A model generated the notes under the pieces. It did no database searches. It saw only the letters and a program-made list of their open reading frames with translations, and had not been told where the DNA came from. The translations under genes and the position numbers were made by a program. From the human T2T-CHM13v2.0 reference genome, Homo sapiens, in assembly GCF_009914755.1 (NCBI RefSeq), contig NC_060947.1: a stretch of DNA of 64,000 nt; one strand, given 5' to 3'. Below are positions 52,456 through 64,000 of the stretch, piece after piece (positions within the stretch are counted from its first letter, which is position 1; each line of letters starts with the position of its first letter).

Positions 52456-53142
52456 CTCTTATTCCACGTCCAGCTATGCTAAAGTTGAAAACCATTGAAA
52501 GGAAGTTCCTGCCCACAGGAATTGTAAGTGATGTTTCGTCATCCATTACTCCATTGACTCTTTGCAACAGCTTTGTCAAATGGGTATTCTTATCCCAATT
52601 TATCAACGAGGAAATTGAAGTTCAGAGAGATCAAGTAACTTGTCGAGATCATGCAGCTAGTGAGTATCAGATCAAGGATTCAAAGTCAAGTCCAGTTATC
52701 TGATGAAAATTGTTTGTTCTCTCTACTACTCCTTATCACTTCCTTTACCAAAAGCTGGCTTTCATCACATCAATGAAGGAGAGCAGACTCCTGAGTGAAG
52801 CATTTCACTTAACCAGCTGGGGATTGTTGGATGAAGGAATAGAAAACGTAAGCAAAGTGAAAGCTCAGAATGTGTCACCTTCCCCTCCTCCCTACATCCA
52901 GGTTAGCCTTACAGGCAGGCCAAGTAGTGAGTAGCCCACAGAGTGGAATGTGAAAGATGCTGGTTATGTCTACTTCCCCTCAAAACATCTTTCCAATGCC
53001 CTCCCACCACCATTGTTCCTAAAGTCCCCTTGGCCTTTAATTCCTTGGGGTTCCTGTGGCCTCTCAAAGTGGAAATATACCCAGAAGAAGAAACAAAAAA
53101 CTGAATTACTAACGTATAATCATTCAGAAAATATTTATTAAG

Positions 53143-53201
53143 CACCAGAATCTGAAGAGGTACTTAAAGCTTCACCAGAATCTGAAGAGGTACTTAAAGC
53201 T
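53143..53201. repeat. Tandem duplication, period 30
   Basis: caccagaatctgaagaggtacttaaagct present twice, identical. Confidence 0.95.
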
Positions 53202-53379
53202 GAGATAATTGTCTTCTTTTTACAGATGATGAAATTGTGGTTCAGAGAGTCTGAGTGACTCATCCAAGATGACACACCTGAGCCCCATTTTCTGAATCAG
53301 AGCTCAGACTTGGGTCTTCTGATTTTCTGTTCTATGCTCTTTCCTTTCTATCGCAGTAACTCAAGGGGTTTATAGGTGG

Positions 53380-54450
53380 GAACTCAAGACAAACATACAT
53401 GAATAGTTAAATAACAATTCAAGATAACAGTAGAAGTAATGTTAAAAGACAATAAAAGTGCCCAATGACTGATAGAGACAATAATTACTCTAGGAGTGAC
53501 CTGGAAGGTCACTGTGGGTAAGAGTCAGCAGAGAAGGCCTCAAACAGGAAGTAGGACTTAAGCCTGGCCTTGGAAACTGAATAGAAAAAGGGCAGCCCAA
53601 GAAGAAAGGGAGGGCATTCCAGTGTGGGGGACAGGAAGAATAAAGACGGAGGTGAGAAAATCCAAGTCTTGTTTGGAAAGAGAATGAAAAGACCAATTTA
53701 GCTAGAGAAGAGAGACTTTTACTGGGGAATAATGGAAAGTAAGATTCAAAGACCCTCTTGAACTTCTGACAAAAGGATTTTGACTTGTCTTGTGGACAAT
53801 AGTGAACCATGAAAAAATTTTGAGTAAGACAGTGAAACTCTGAAAGCAGTGTGTGGGTAGACTAATCTGGCAATATGCATTGTAGAGGATGCCTTTCGAT
53901 GGGAAGAGACTGGAGATAAGGAAGACTAGTTAGGAGCCTATGACAGTCAGGGATAAGGTGACAAAAGCCAGTATTAAAATGGTGGTGCTGAGACTAAAAG
54001 GAAGGCCAATTGTAATTGGCAAGATGAAGAAAGAAATGTCAGAACCTGTGAAATAGGGAGAGACAAGAGTTGAACTTGCCTGAGAGTTTTCAAGCCTAGC
54101 TGACTTGAAGAAAGAAGACGCCATGAACAGAAATTAGCAAGACAGGTAGAAAAACTGGTTCAGGGAGTTTTGCTTTTGACATCTTGGGGTGGAAGTAACA
54201 ATGGAAGGTCCAAGTGAAACTGTCTAGTAGGCAATTGAAGATGTAGAGGTGGAGGTTGGGAGAAGGGAAGGCCTAGAATTGAGTTGGCTTGGTATAATGG
54301 TATATAATGGAGCCCTGGGAGTCAGGAGACCTGGGACTTTGCCTCTTCTCTGCCACTAACTTACTGAGTCACGGGCAAGCCACCTCTCTGGGCCTGTTTC
54401 CTTCACCGTAAAGTGAGGGGGTGCACAGACCCTATATGATCTCTGAGGTA
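53380..54450. mobile_element. L2 and MIR fragments
   Basis: Purine-rich L2-like tract; MIR core ctgggagtcaggagacctggg...ctgccactaact; approximate. Confidence 0.55.
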
Positions 54451-55244
54451 CTCTCAAGGACTATGAGTCACCTGCATGTATGTTTTCTCCATGGCAAAAT
54501 CAATAGTCAGATGAACAAAGGGCATTAAATAATCCCCAAATGCTATGACTCTGTGACCGATCTCAGGAATGCTGTTTACTTAAGGAGCAAAAGAGAAGTC
54601 AGCAAAGGAGATAGAAAGTAATCAGAGAGATAAAAGCAAGAGGAGAGAAATTCTAAAGCAAGAGGATAAAATAAGGAACTAAAATTAAAAGTATCACAAT
54701 AAATAAGATAAATATTTACATCAAATAATGACAAAGGGATAGCATGTATATTAAGAATACATTTAGATATATAAGAATACCACTAGGGTGCCAATTAAAG
54801 AAAGATGCAAAGAGTAAACATATGGGAAAGAGTTCAATCACATGAGTAATCAAAGAAATGAAAAAATATCAAAATAATGTTTAATCATCTAAAGAGATTT
54901 CTTCTAAAGTCCAATGCTAGCGCTGCAAGGGAACTGGAACAACTCATACGTCATTGTGGTGTTGAAAATTTTTGCAGTCCTTTTGGCAGTCACAATCCAT
55001 AAAAACATTCATGCTCTTTGGTCTGGTAATCCCACTCCTGGGAATTTGTCCTAGAGACAGAATTACAAAGAAGAAAAAAAGCCATACACATTAAGATGTT
55101 CAAAGCACAGAAAAATTGAAATATATCTAAATATTCAATAATAGGGGAATAGTCAAATAAAATGTAATCTACTGACAGGTGTAATTTTATGAGGCAACTG
55201 AAATAATAGATATGAAAGACTATAGCAACCAGGGAGAATATTTA

Positions 55245-55712
<468 letters not shown>

Positions 55713-56921
55713 TTATTCTGGAACTTCAGGGAAGAAAGGGAGAAAGACAGGGCAAATATAGAGTAGTTATCGTGAATGATAACTGGAAGTTGAAGCGTTA
55801 GAGCTTCTCAGTTTCGCAGGAGGCAAGGTAACTCTCTTAAGAGATCACAAGAAGGAGATGAATTTGGGGACTTGTGGAGGTGAAAAAGACAGGAAACAGC
55901 TGCTGTGGAATGTTCACTAGGAACACACCAGGCTAAGAGGAATGAGAGCTTAGGCAAAGTTCCAGGATGTGAAGTCTTAGTGGGTCAAGCCAGCCTTGTT
56001 CTCTGGCTTCATCTGCAATTTCCTCCAGTCCTAGAAGAAAGGAGATTGGCCTAAGGTGAAAGTCAAGGTGTTTAAAGCTAAAGTGCAAGGGAAGACAGCC
56101 CTAAAGTAACAGACCAGAAAGTTCATCTCGATTAAGCATATGGGAGTTAAATAGACTGAGGAAATGGAGGAGGCTGAGTCAGTTGGGATGGAAAGAGCAG
56201 CTTTACTGGGTGGGGACAGCAGGTTAGGGGAGGTGATGGGCAAAGAGGCCATGGTCATAGGAATAAAAGGAAGAGAGTGCAGATGAGGAACAGTGTACGC
56301 AACAGTGGCTGTGAGACTGGGAGAACTAGTAAGAAGAGGAGAAAAAAGCCGGTTCATTTACTCCTAATGGCAGGAGTCCTGCATAGCAAGAAGGTCCTGG
56401 ATATCTAGGGAGAAAGTGGGAGCCTTTCAAAAAACAAAAAGGGAAATTCAGGGGAACTGAAGTCATTTTTTTTTCCTTCAGTCCAGCCCCAGCCCTACTC
56501 TACAGAGAGAGACGCTTAGAAGCCAATAAGAGTTAGTATCATTAGATAAGTAAGAGATCAGAGACAGGTTAGCAAGGGTGGGAAAAAAAGAAAGGCAAGG
56601 CTGGGGTCTGACTCAGGAGACCAACAGGCTGGAAGGTGATTTCAGAGGGAGAAGGCCTGTAAGTGTGAGCCCACCCTTCTCAAGAATGCCTGCCAAGAAA
56701 TTCTTACTTCCCAAGGCTTAGGGGTTAGCTTCTCAATTTCCAATGCACCCCCCTCCCCTCTGCAACTTGATCCAATAAGCCTGTAAGTGCTAAGATGGCA
56801 CTGGAAGAGAGAAGCAATGAATGGGTGGGAAACTTTAAAAAGAACCTTCCCAGTCCTAGTGCTCCACCCTGGCCTCAAAGTCCTGAAGCCTGATCTGAAA
56901 GAGCTGGTGACAGATTTATCA

Positions 56922-56927
56922 TTTATT
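56922..56927 (-). terminator. Candidate P2RY4 polyadenylation signal
   Basis: AATAAA on the minus strand about 0.9 kb past the stop; an ATTAAA variant lies at 57214-57219. Confidence 0.45.
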
Positions 56928-57850
56928 TGGGGCAGGACCTAGAGAAAGTGGAGAGATCAGTGAAACACTAGCTCTGGGCGTCAATTCTTGTCACCACCTT
57001 CCTCTGCACAAATCTGCTCTACTCCTCAATGCTAGAACTTACAGCCATAGACGTGAGAGCTCCACCCCCTCAGTCTGAGCCATCCACTTGTCCTTTTGTT
57101 AAGTACAGGAGAGCTGTCATATACATGTTCTCAGCAAACATCATAAAGAAGGTCCAGTCCCATTCCTGTCCCAAAGGCTGTTATCAGCTAAGGTCCCCAC
57201 CCTATCACAGGACTTTAATTCATGCTGCACACCAGTTCAACAGTGTCAGGCCCCCAGCTACATGCGGGGACCCTGGCATGCAGGCTCCCTGGGATCACAC
57301 CCTATTCCAGCATCTTGGTAAGCAAGACTATGCTGTCTTTGAGAGAGAACCAGGAAGTCAGTGTGGGTGCTACATATGGCACATCCTCGGCATCTGTGAT
57401 ATGGAAGTTGCCTCCACTTCCTGATTCTGGTTATCACCATCAGATACGTCAGGCCAATCCTGAGATGACTCTGCCTGATCCACCCCTTCAGCTGAATGCT
57501 CTGGTCTGGGTAGAGAAACACATGCTATAGGAGGCTGTGGGGGAAATGGGACAGGGAAAGAGGACTGGGGAAGATTTTCAGGAAGATTGTAGGACCAATG
57601 GCCCCAGGAAGGAACAGAAACAACGAGAAAGGAGTAGAAGATTGGCATTGGCTAAAAAGAGTCGGCAACTGAAGGGGTTATGAGAGATGAGGTCACCCAT
57701 GATATCCCTGCCTCCCTGCAACCCTCAGGGTGAGGGCTTCTCTCCAGAGCCTGGAAAAGAGGAAGAAGCACCTTACCAGGTATCACTATTGGGTTCCCTC
57801 ACCTCTGCCCTGCACTCATCCCCTTTTCTCTCACTTCCCGGCTTCCCGTG

Positions 57851-58948
57851 TTACAATCTATCTGCCCTAGGAGTAGAGCAGCTACTGTCCTGGGGGGTGG
57901 CCGCCCACCTGCAGCTGCTATCCTCAGGCAGGGACACTAGTGCCAGGGAAGAGGCAGCCGTGCGGGGCTGGGGCTTGCCACCACCACAGAGCTGACGGAG
58001 CTGACGTCGATATTTGTCCCCAGTGAGCAAGTAGAGCACAGGATCCAGGCAGCTGTTGGCACTGGCCAGGGGCCGAGTCACTTTATAGACCACGTTGACA
58101 ATGTTCAGTACTCGGCAGTCAGCTTCCAACAGCCTGGCCAGGTAGTAAATGGTGCGGGTGATGTGGAAAGGCACGAAGCAGACAGCAAAGACAGTCAGCA
58201 CCACAGCTATGGTGCGGAGAGAGCGGAGGCGAGAAGACGACTGTGCAGAGCCTGGCAAGGGCTGATACAGGCGACGAGCCATGAGTCCATAGCAAACAAG
58301 AGTGACCAGGCAGGGCACGCCAAAGAGCAGCCCCATGACCGCCGAGCTGAAGTGCACATAGTGGTCAAACTCTTCAGGCCGAGTGGTGTCATGGCACAGG
58401 ACGGTGGTCCCTTTGTTGCTGGTTGTGACAAAGAACAGGTTGGGCACGAGGCAGCCGGCTACGACCAACCAAACTGCCAGGCAGAGAAGGCCTGCGAGGC
58501 GAGGGCGGCCCCAGCGTAGTGCCCGAAGTGGGTGGCAGATGCCCAGGTAGCGGTGCACGCTGATGCAGGTGAGGAAAAGGACACTGCAGTAGAGGTTCCA
58601 ATAGAAAAGAAAGCGGACGAACTTGCAGATCTCAGTGCCAAAGGGCCAGTGGTTGTGGGCTGCATAATAGTAGATGAGGGTGGGCAGCGACAGCACATAC
58701 AAGGTGTCTGACAATGCCAGGTGGAACATGTAGGTGGCCGTTGCATCCCAGGGTCGGAGGCGGAAGATGAAGAGCCATAGGGTTGGGGCGTTAAGGCCCA
58801 AGCCCAGCACAAAGACAACTGCATAGCTCACAGGCAGCAGGATGAACTTGAAATCCTCATCAAACCAACAGTCCAGCTCCACCTCACTGCTGCCAGGACC
58901 TGGGCTGAGGCCTAGGGATCTCAACAGGGAGGACTCTGTACTGGCCAT
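57851..58948 (-). CDS. P2RY4: P2Y purinoceptor 4 (UTP-activated GPCR), 365 aa, intronless CDS
   Basis: gccATGg at 58948; MASTESSLLRSLGLSPGPGSSEVELDCWFDEDFKFILLP...; seven hydrophobic segments, HRY, CFVPFH and DPVLY motifs. The ORF-track start at 59095 is a GTG. Confidence 0.97.
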   Translation of the reverse strand: MASTESSLLRSLGLSPGPGSSEVELDCWFDEDFKFILLPVSYAVVFVLGLGLNAPTLWLFIFRLRPWDATATYMFHLALSDTLYVLSLPTLIYYYAAHNHWPFGTEICKFVRFLFYWNLYCSVLFLTCISVHRYLGICHPLRALRWGRPRLAGLLCLAVWLVVAGCLVPNLFFVTTSNKGTTVLCHDTTRPEEFDHYVHFSSAVMGLLFGVPCLVTLVCYGLMARRLYQPLPGSAQSSSRLRSLRTIAVVLTVFAVCFVPFHITRTIYYLARLLEADCRVLNIVNVVYKVTRPLASANSCLDPVLYLLTGDKYRRQLRQLCGGGKPQPRTAASSLALVSLPEDSSCRWAATPQDSSCSTPRADRL

Positions 58949-60225
58949 GGCCCCCCTGGAGATGGGAAGGGGAGAAGTGAGGGTGGCAGGATTTCCCTGC
59001 CCACCCCCATCCCTGAGCTGGAGCAAAAAAAGTAGAGCAGGGAGAGCAGTGGTTGAAGCACTAGGGAGAGCTGACAGAAGCGCATCTGGGTGCACTCAGG
59101 CTAGCCTGGCCCCTACCCAAGCTCCCTTGGTCCAGCTTGGGAAGTGGTGGGCAGCAGGCAGTGCTGGGGCTCAGGCAGGCAGCCCGTGTATTTGGGTTGT
59201 ACTCACTCTGCAGCTCACTCTGTCCCTAAGAGCCTGGCTGGCTGAAGAGGGTGGAGGCCTCCCAGCACTATCCAAAGTGGGAAGATACCCAGACCCAAAG
59301 TGTCTTCTGACTCGTCATCACAGCTATATCCCTGGAAGAGGAGTGTCTCTCCCCACAGTGCCTTCGCCTCTCCTAGTGCCCTGGTCACAGTGTCTCCAGA
59401 TGACATTTACCTATGACACCTTCCCCACTGCCTGCCTACAGCCCAGGAGCCCCATTGCCACCCTTGCCCAAGAACGTTGGCACATCTCCTACCTGGTCCC
59501 CTTGAAGCTGAGCTCAGCTGACTCTGTCACCCTTCCCCTTGGCAGCCAGAGGGCATATCCAAGGAGGTGGAGTTGGAGGTGGGGCCTGTCCCTCCTCCCA
59601 CCTGGGAGATTAAAAGAGTTAGAAAGGCCCTTTACGATGACCTAGTCCAACCCACTCATTGTACAGATTGGGAAACTGGGGCCCAGCGAGATTACTATTT
59701 AACAGCTTTGAAATGACTGCAGGAGGGAGAACACGAGGAAACATCCAAGTTTACTGATGAAGAGCCAGGTCCCTGGAGATAGATTACAGGGGGATCATAC
59801 AAGCCTGTGTAAGTGAGCAGAAACATGGGAAACGAATTTTCACATGGGCAAGTGCAAGACAACACATTGAAAGATTTTAGAAAATCTAAACTACTGATAT
59901 TTAATATAAATCTCATATGCATATAATTACAAAGAATGCTTATATAGCACTTACTATGTGACAGGCATTTTTCTAAGTGCTTTATACTTATTAATGACCC
60001 CATAGGCTCTCTATGAGCTAGATACTATTATTGTCTCTGCTTTGCTGATGAAAAAATGAAGGCACAGAAAGTTTAGGTGTCTTGCTAGTTAGTGGTAGAG
60101 TCAAGATTTGAACCAAGACAGGCCTGCCTTTGGATCAGGCTCTAGCATCCATAACTTAATTGCTATGCTTAAGTTGCCTCTCTAAGCCACTGGCTATGAT
60201 CCAGGAAAGAATCAACAAATATTTA

Positions 60226-60493
<268 letters not shown>

Positions 60494-60660
60494 TTACTGA
60501 GAGCCTACTTTTGCCTGGTCCAGTTCTAGTTACTGGTAGTTCCTTAGGAGTGGACAAAATAGATAAAAACTCCCACCCTAATGGTGCTTACATACTACTG
60601 GGGGATAATAAAATTAATAAGTAAAATATGTAGATTGTGATCATCATTATGGAGAAAAAT

Positions 60661-60706
60661 TAAAGAGGGAAGGAAAAGGGTAATAAAGAGGGAAGGAAAA
60701 GGGTAA
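60661..60706. repeat. Tandem duplication, 23 bp x2
   Basis: taaagagggaaggaaaagggtaa twice. Confidence 0.92.
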
Positions 60707-60742
60707 TAGAGAGGGTTGTTGTTTTAAATATTAGGAATGAAA

Positions 60743-60905
60743 CCAGGCACAGTGGCTCACACCTGTAATCCCAGTGCTTTGGGAGTCGGAGATAGGAGGA
60801 TCACTTGAGCCCAGCAGTTTGAGGTTGCAGTGAACTATGGTCAGACCTCTGCACTCCAGCCTGAATGACAAAGCAAGACCCTGTCTATAAGTAAATAAAT
60901 AAATA
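60743..60905 (+). mobile_element. Alu monomer (FAM/FLAM/FRAM-like)
   Basis: Single-arm Alu with (TAAA)n tail. Confidence 0.8.
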
Positions 60906-62754
60906 TTAAGGGTGACTTTTGAATAAAGGCCAGGTGTTGTGAGAAGGGGAAAAGTAAAAAATGAGGTCAGAGAGTTTGGCAGGGACCAGATCATGAAGGT
61001 CCTTGGAGGCCATTGTAAAGGACTCTTTGGTGAACGGGAAGGCACTTAGGGTTTAGAGAAGAGAGGTGTCATCTGACTTACATTTTAGAAGGCTCACTGG
61101 CCAGCTCTATATTGAGAATAGACTGCAGGGCTGGAGGTACAGGGGGAAGACCAGTCAAGAGGCTATTGCTGATAGAGATGATGGTAGCTTGGATCACAGT
61201 GGTGGAGATGATGAGAAGTGGTCAAATTCTGGATAGACTTTTTTAAGTAGGGACAGCAAGATTTACTGATGTGGGGTATAAGAGAAAGAAGAGTCAAAAA
61301 TTACTCCAAAATGTCCGGCCTGAGCAACTGGAAGAATAGAGTTACTGTTGACAGAGACAGGAGTGGGTTTAGGGGAAAGATTGGGAGTTCACTTTTCAGC
61401 CTGTAAATTTTGAGATGCCTATTATACATGTAAGAGGGGATGGCCAGGAGACAGTTCATGCCTCCTTAAGGATACCAGCCAATACATTTCCCATACAGAC
61501 TCTACCCCTTTCTATACAGTACCCCTCGTCTCTCTTGATCACTCCCAGAGACTTGGTCTGAATATAGTGGAGAAGGTGCAGAGAGCAAGCCTAGATGTTT
61601 GAGAGCCTGGTGTAGGGAATTGCCAGCAGCTCAGGATCTGGGGCTCCTGAAGCCAACTAAGCCTCCGTAAGTATATCTTAGGCACTAGAGGCAAACCCGG
61701 TCTGGAGGACTCTGAGGATGAGGTAAGCAGTGCCTTTGGGGAGGGGTGAGCAGGCTGGAGCAGAATCCACTCTGCATGGAGCTGAGAAGCAATGGGGACT
61801 CTGAACTTACTTGATCCTCAGGTCCTGAGAATGTCACCCAGCTGGATCCTGGGAGTGAGAGGAGGAGGCGGACTTCTAGAATCTAGAATCTAGATCTCTC
61901 GGAAAGCCCAGAAACCTGGATGGGGAAACTGAAGATCCTTGCCCTGTGGCAGAGTAAAGGGTGGAATAAAAGGTAGCAGTGGAGGACACAGTCATAACCT
62001 GAGTCCTGGACAGCTGACTACTGTGACATTACATAAGAGGCCCAAGTTTTTGAAGCCAGACGGGCTGGTGTTTAAATCCTTGCTCTTCCACTTATTAGTT
62101 ATGTGAGCCTGGGCGCCTCTTTGTAACTTCCATTCTTCACCAGTGAAATGGGAATAATAATAATACCAATCTTTTAGGGTTTCCTGAATATTGAATTGGT
62201 TAACAGGTGTGGAGCACTTTGTGAACCATAAAATGCTGCAAGTTTAGAAGGTGTTTTTTGTTACTGCTTTGCTCCCAGGAATGAACCTGGCCTCTGCAGA
62301 GGTGGACAAGCGTGTTTTGAAGTTTGGTGTACACCCAAGGAGAAGCACTACACTAGAGAAGCCCCAGCCTGAGCCAGCTTCCTGCTCCTACTGCTTCAGG
62401 CTGGTTTACCTCTGCTACATTTCTCCTGACTTAGCTCTGCTACGTTTCTGCATGTCCCGACACAGCTGCAGCTGCTGCTGCTGCCACCACTGCCGCCCAG
62501 TGGCTATTTCAGGAAAAGACCTCTCCCAACCCTCCCCAACCGGCACACCTGCCTGGCTTTTACTGTCCTCACCCAGGGCCAAGAGGAACGGAATGCAGCA
62601 GATCAGCCTCACTCTCTTCTGTGAAACTCTTCTTTACTTTGGTTCCTGTGACTTTGCTTTACTCCGGTTCTCCTCTTCCTCTGGATGTTCCTTCTGGCCC
62701 CTTCCCTGGCTCTTTTTTCCCCTACTTCCCCAACATGTGAGCCTTCCCCCAAAG

Positions 62755-62846
62755 ATCCTCTCCTCTCCTCTCTCCTCTCCTCTCCTCTCTCTCCCTCTCC
62801 ACCATCTCTCTCCCCCTACCCCCACCCTCTCTTCCCCTTCTCTCTT
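62755..62846. repeat. CT-rich low-complexity tract
   Basis: (CTCTC)n-like polypyrimidine. Confidence 0.85.
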
Positions 62847-63639
62847 GGAACATCCACTCTCATGATTTCAACTATGACTCAGAGGTTATCAAAAATTGTA
62901 ATGGCCAAGAGACTCCAGCATACAGATCTCTCTCTAATCAAAATGCATCTCTCCTTCTCTCACACTCTTATCACATTTGATTTCTACAGAGATGGCACAT
63001 ACCACAGGCAGCCTAGAATTATACTCATTTGTGTTTTTGGCCATCTCCTCCTGATCCTCCCACCCCCATACCAGAACCAGAGCTCCTTGAGAACATGTAC
63101 CTCATTTTACCTCTGTCTTTCCCATAGCCTTCCAGGTAAAGTTATTATAACATATGTTCTAGATATTTCCTTTCAAATTATATTCTCTGCTGTCCCCCAA
63201 AAAATGCCTTCCAATTCAGAGTTAAGAAAACAAGTACCTTCCACATAGTACATGTTCAATAATAGTTGTTGAGTGAATGAATGACTTAATTATAATTTGT
63301 TGAACTGAATGGTTCCCACATCTATAATCTAAGCCCTATATATGTTGTTTGCTATAGGACACACACACTTGGGTATCTCATTGATGTCTGGAATTTAGTA
63401 TGCAGGAAAAGTTTACTATTTTTTCCCTGACAGAGATAAATAAGATGTACAAATACCATTATTGCTGACACCCTTCCATTGCCCTACTCCTCCAGTTTGT
63501 TCCAGTCCTCTCCCTCCTGGCCCTTCACATCTAATATTCGTAATTGTCTTGATGACAGTTTCTTTGCAAGGTTTGCTGTTTCCTTGGGGCTTTAAGAAGG
63601 AAAGGGGGAAGAGGCATGATTTCTAATCTCTTTATCTGA

Positions 63640-63752
63640 GTTAGGAGGAAAGGAACGAAGGAAGGGAGAGAAGGAGGGAAGGAGGGAGGGAGGGGAGAAA
63701 GGAGGAATAAAGGTAGGAAGGGAGGGAGAGGGAAGAAAATGAGGGAGGGAAG
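63640..63752. repeat. GA-rich (GGAA/GGGA)n tract followed by a MIR
   Basis: Purine-rich run; MIR consensus (ggagtcagacagacct.ggtt) from about 63760. Confidence 0.8.
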
Positions 63753-64000
63753 GTAAGTGATATAGTGGAAAAAATGCAGGCTTGGAGTCAGACAGACCTA
63801 GGGTTGAACTCTGGCTCCATCGCCTGCCGGCTATGACTATGGATAAGTCTTTCTGAACCTCCATTTCCTCATATGTAGAATGAGGATGCTAGCACCTAGC
63901 TTGTTGTGAGAAGACAATGAAGCAATGCATGTAAGGAACCCAGCAGAGTGCCCTCATTGTCGTTATTGAGAATTAAAGTATACGTGTATTTGGAAGGTGT

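Noticed and set aside
51866-53201. CRISPR-like direct repeats
   Set aside because: Only two copies each, no unique spacers and no cas genes; eukaryotic tandem duplications.
57029-57530. 131-aa and 102-aa ORFs downstream of P2RY4
   Set aside because: No recognisable homology; probably P2RY4 3'UTR or flank.
58163-58824. Alternative-frame and antisense ORFs inside P2RY4
   Set aside because: Expected shadows of a GC-rich coding sequence.
57851-59095. 414-aa ORF as the P2RY4 protein
   Set aside because: Its start is GTG; the first in-frame ATG with Kozak context is at 58948, giving 365 aa.
62251-63248. 204-aa and 187-aa ORFs with a Cys run
   Set aside because: Driven by a short CTG run and CT-rich low complexity; no recognisable protein.

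Overview
Primate (human-like) genomic DNA, recognisable as the Xq13.1 DGAT2-family cluster. It holds the last three coding exons of DGAT2L6 (+), the complete 7-exon AWAT1 wax synthase gene (+; exons sum to 987 nt = 328 aa), and the single-coding-exon P2Y4 receptor gene P2RY4 (-; 365 aa). Intergenic DNA is repeat-rich: a THE1D-like MaLR provirus with both LTRs that hosts a full-length L1PA4-like element and two Alus, a solo LTR8, about 20 Alus, old L1M/L2/MIR/MLT fragments, a 7SL retropseudogene, a 3'-truncated 5S rRNA pseudogene and several microsatellites. I found no convincing new multi-gene system. The best leads are untested hypotheses: (i) an open, extended L1 ORF0 with a phase-0 splice donor pointing at AWAT1, in frame with exon 4; (ii) DUX4 motifs in both THE1 LTRs; (iii) a stop-free, frame-preserving AWAT1 intron 6; (iv) an overlapping uORF and a splice acceptor just ahead of the P2RY4 start codon; (v) DR1/PPRE-like sites upstream of AWAT1. 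Gene and repeat names come from recognition, not database searches, and old-repeat boundaries are approximate.
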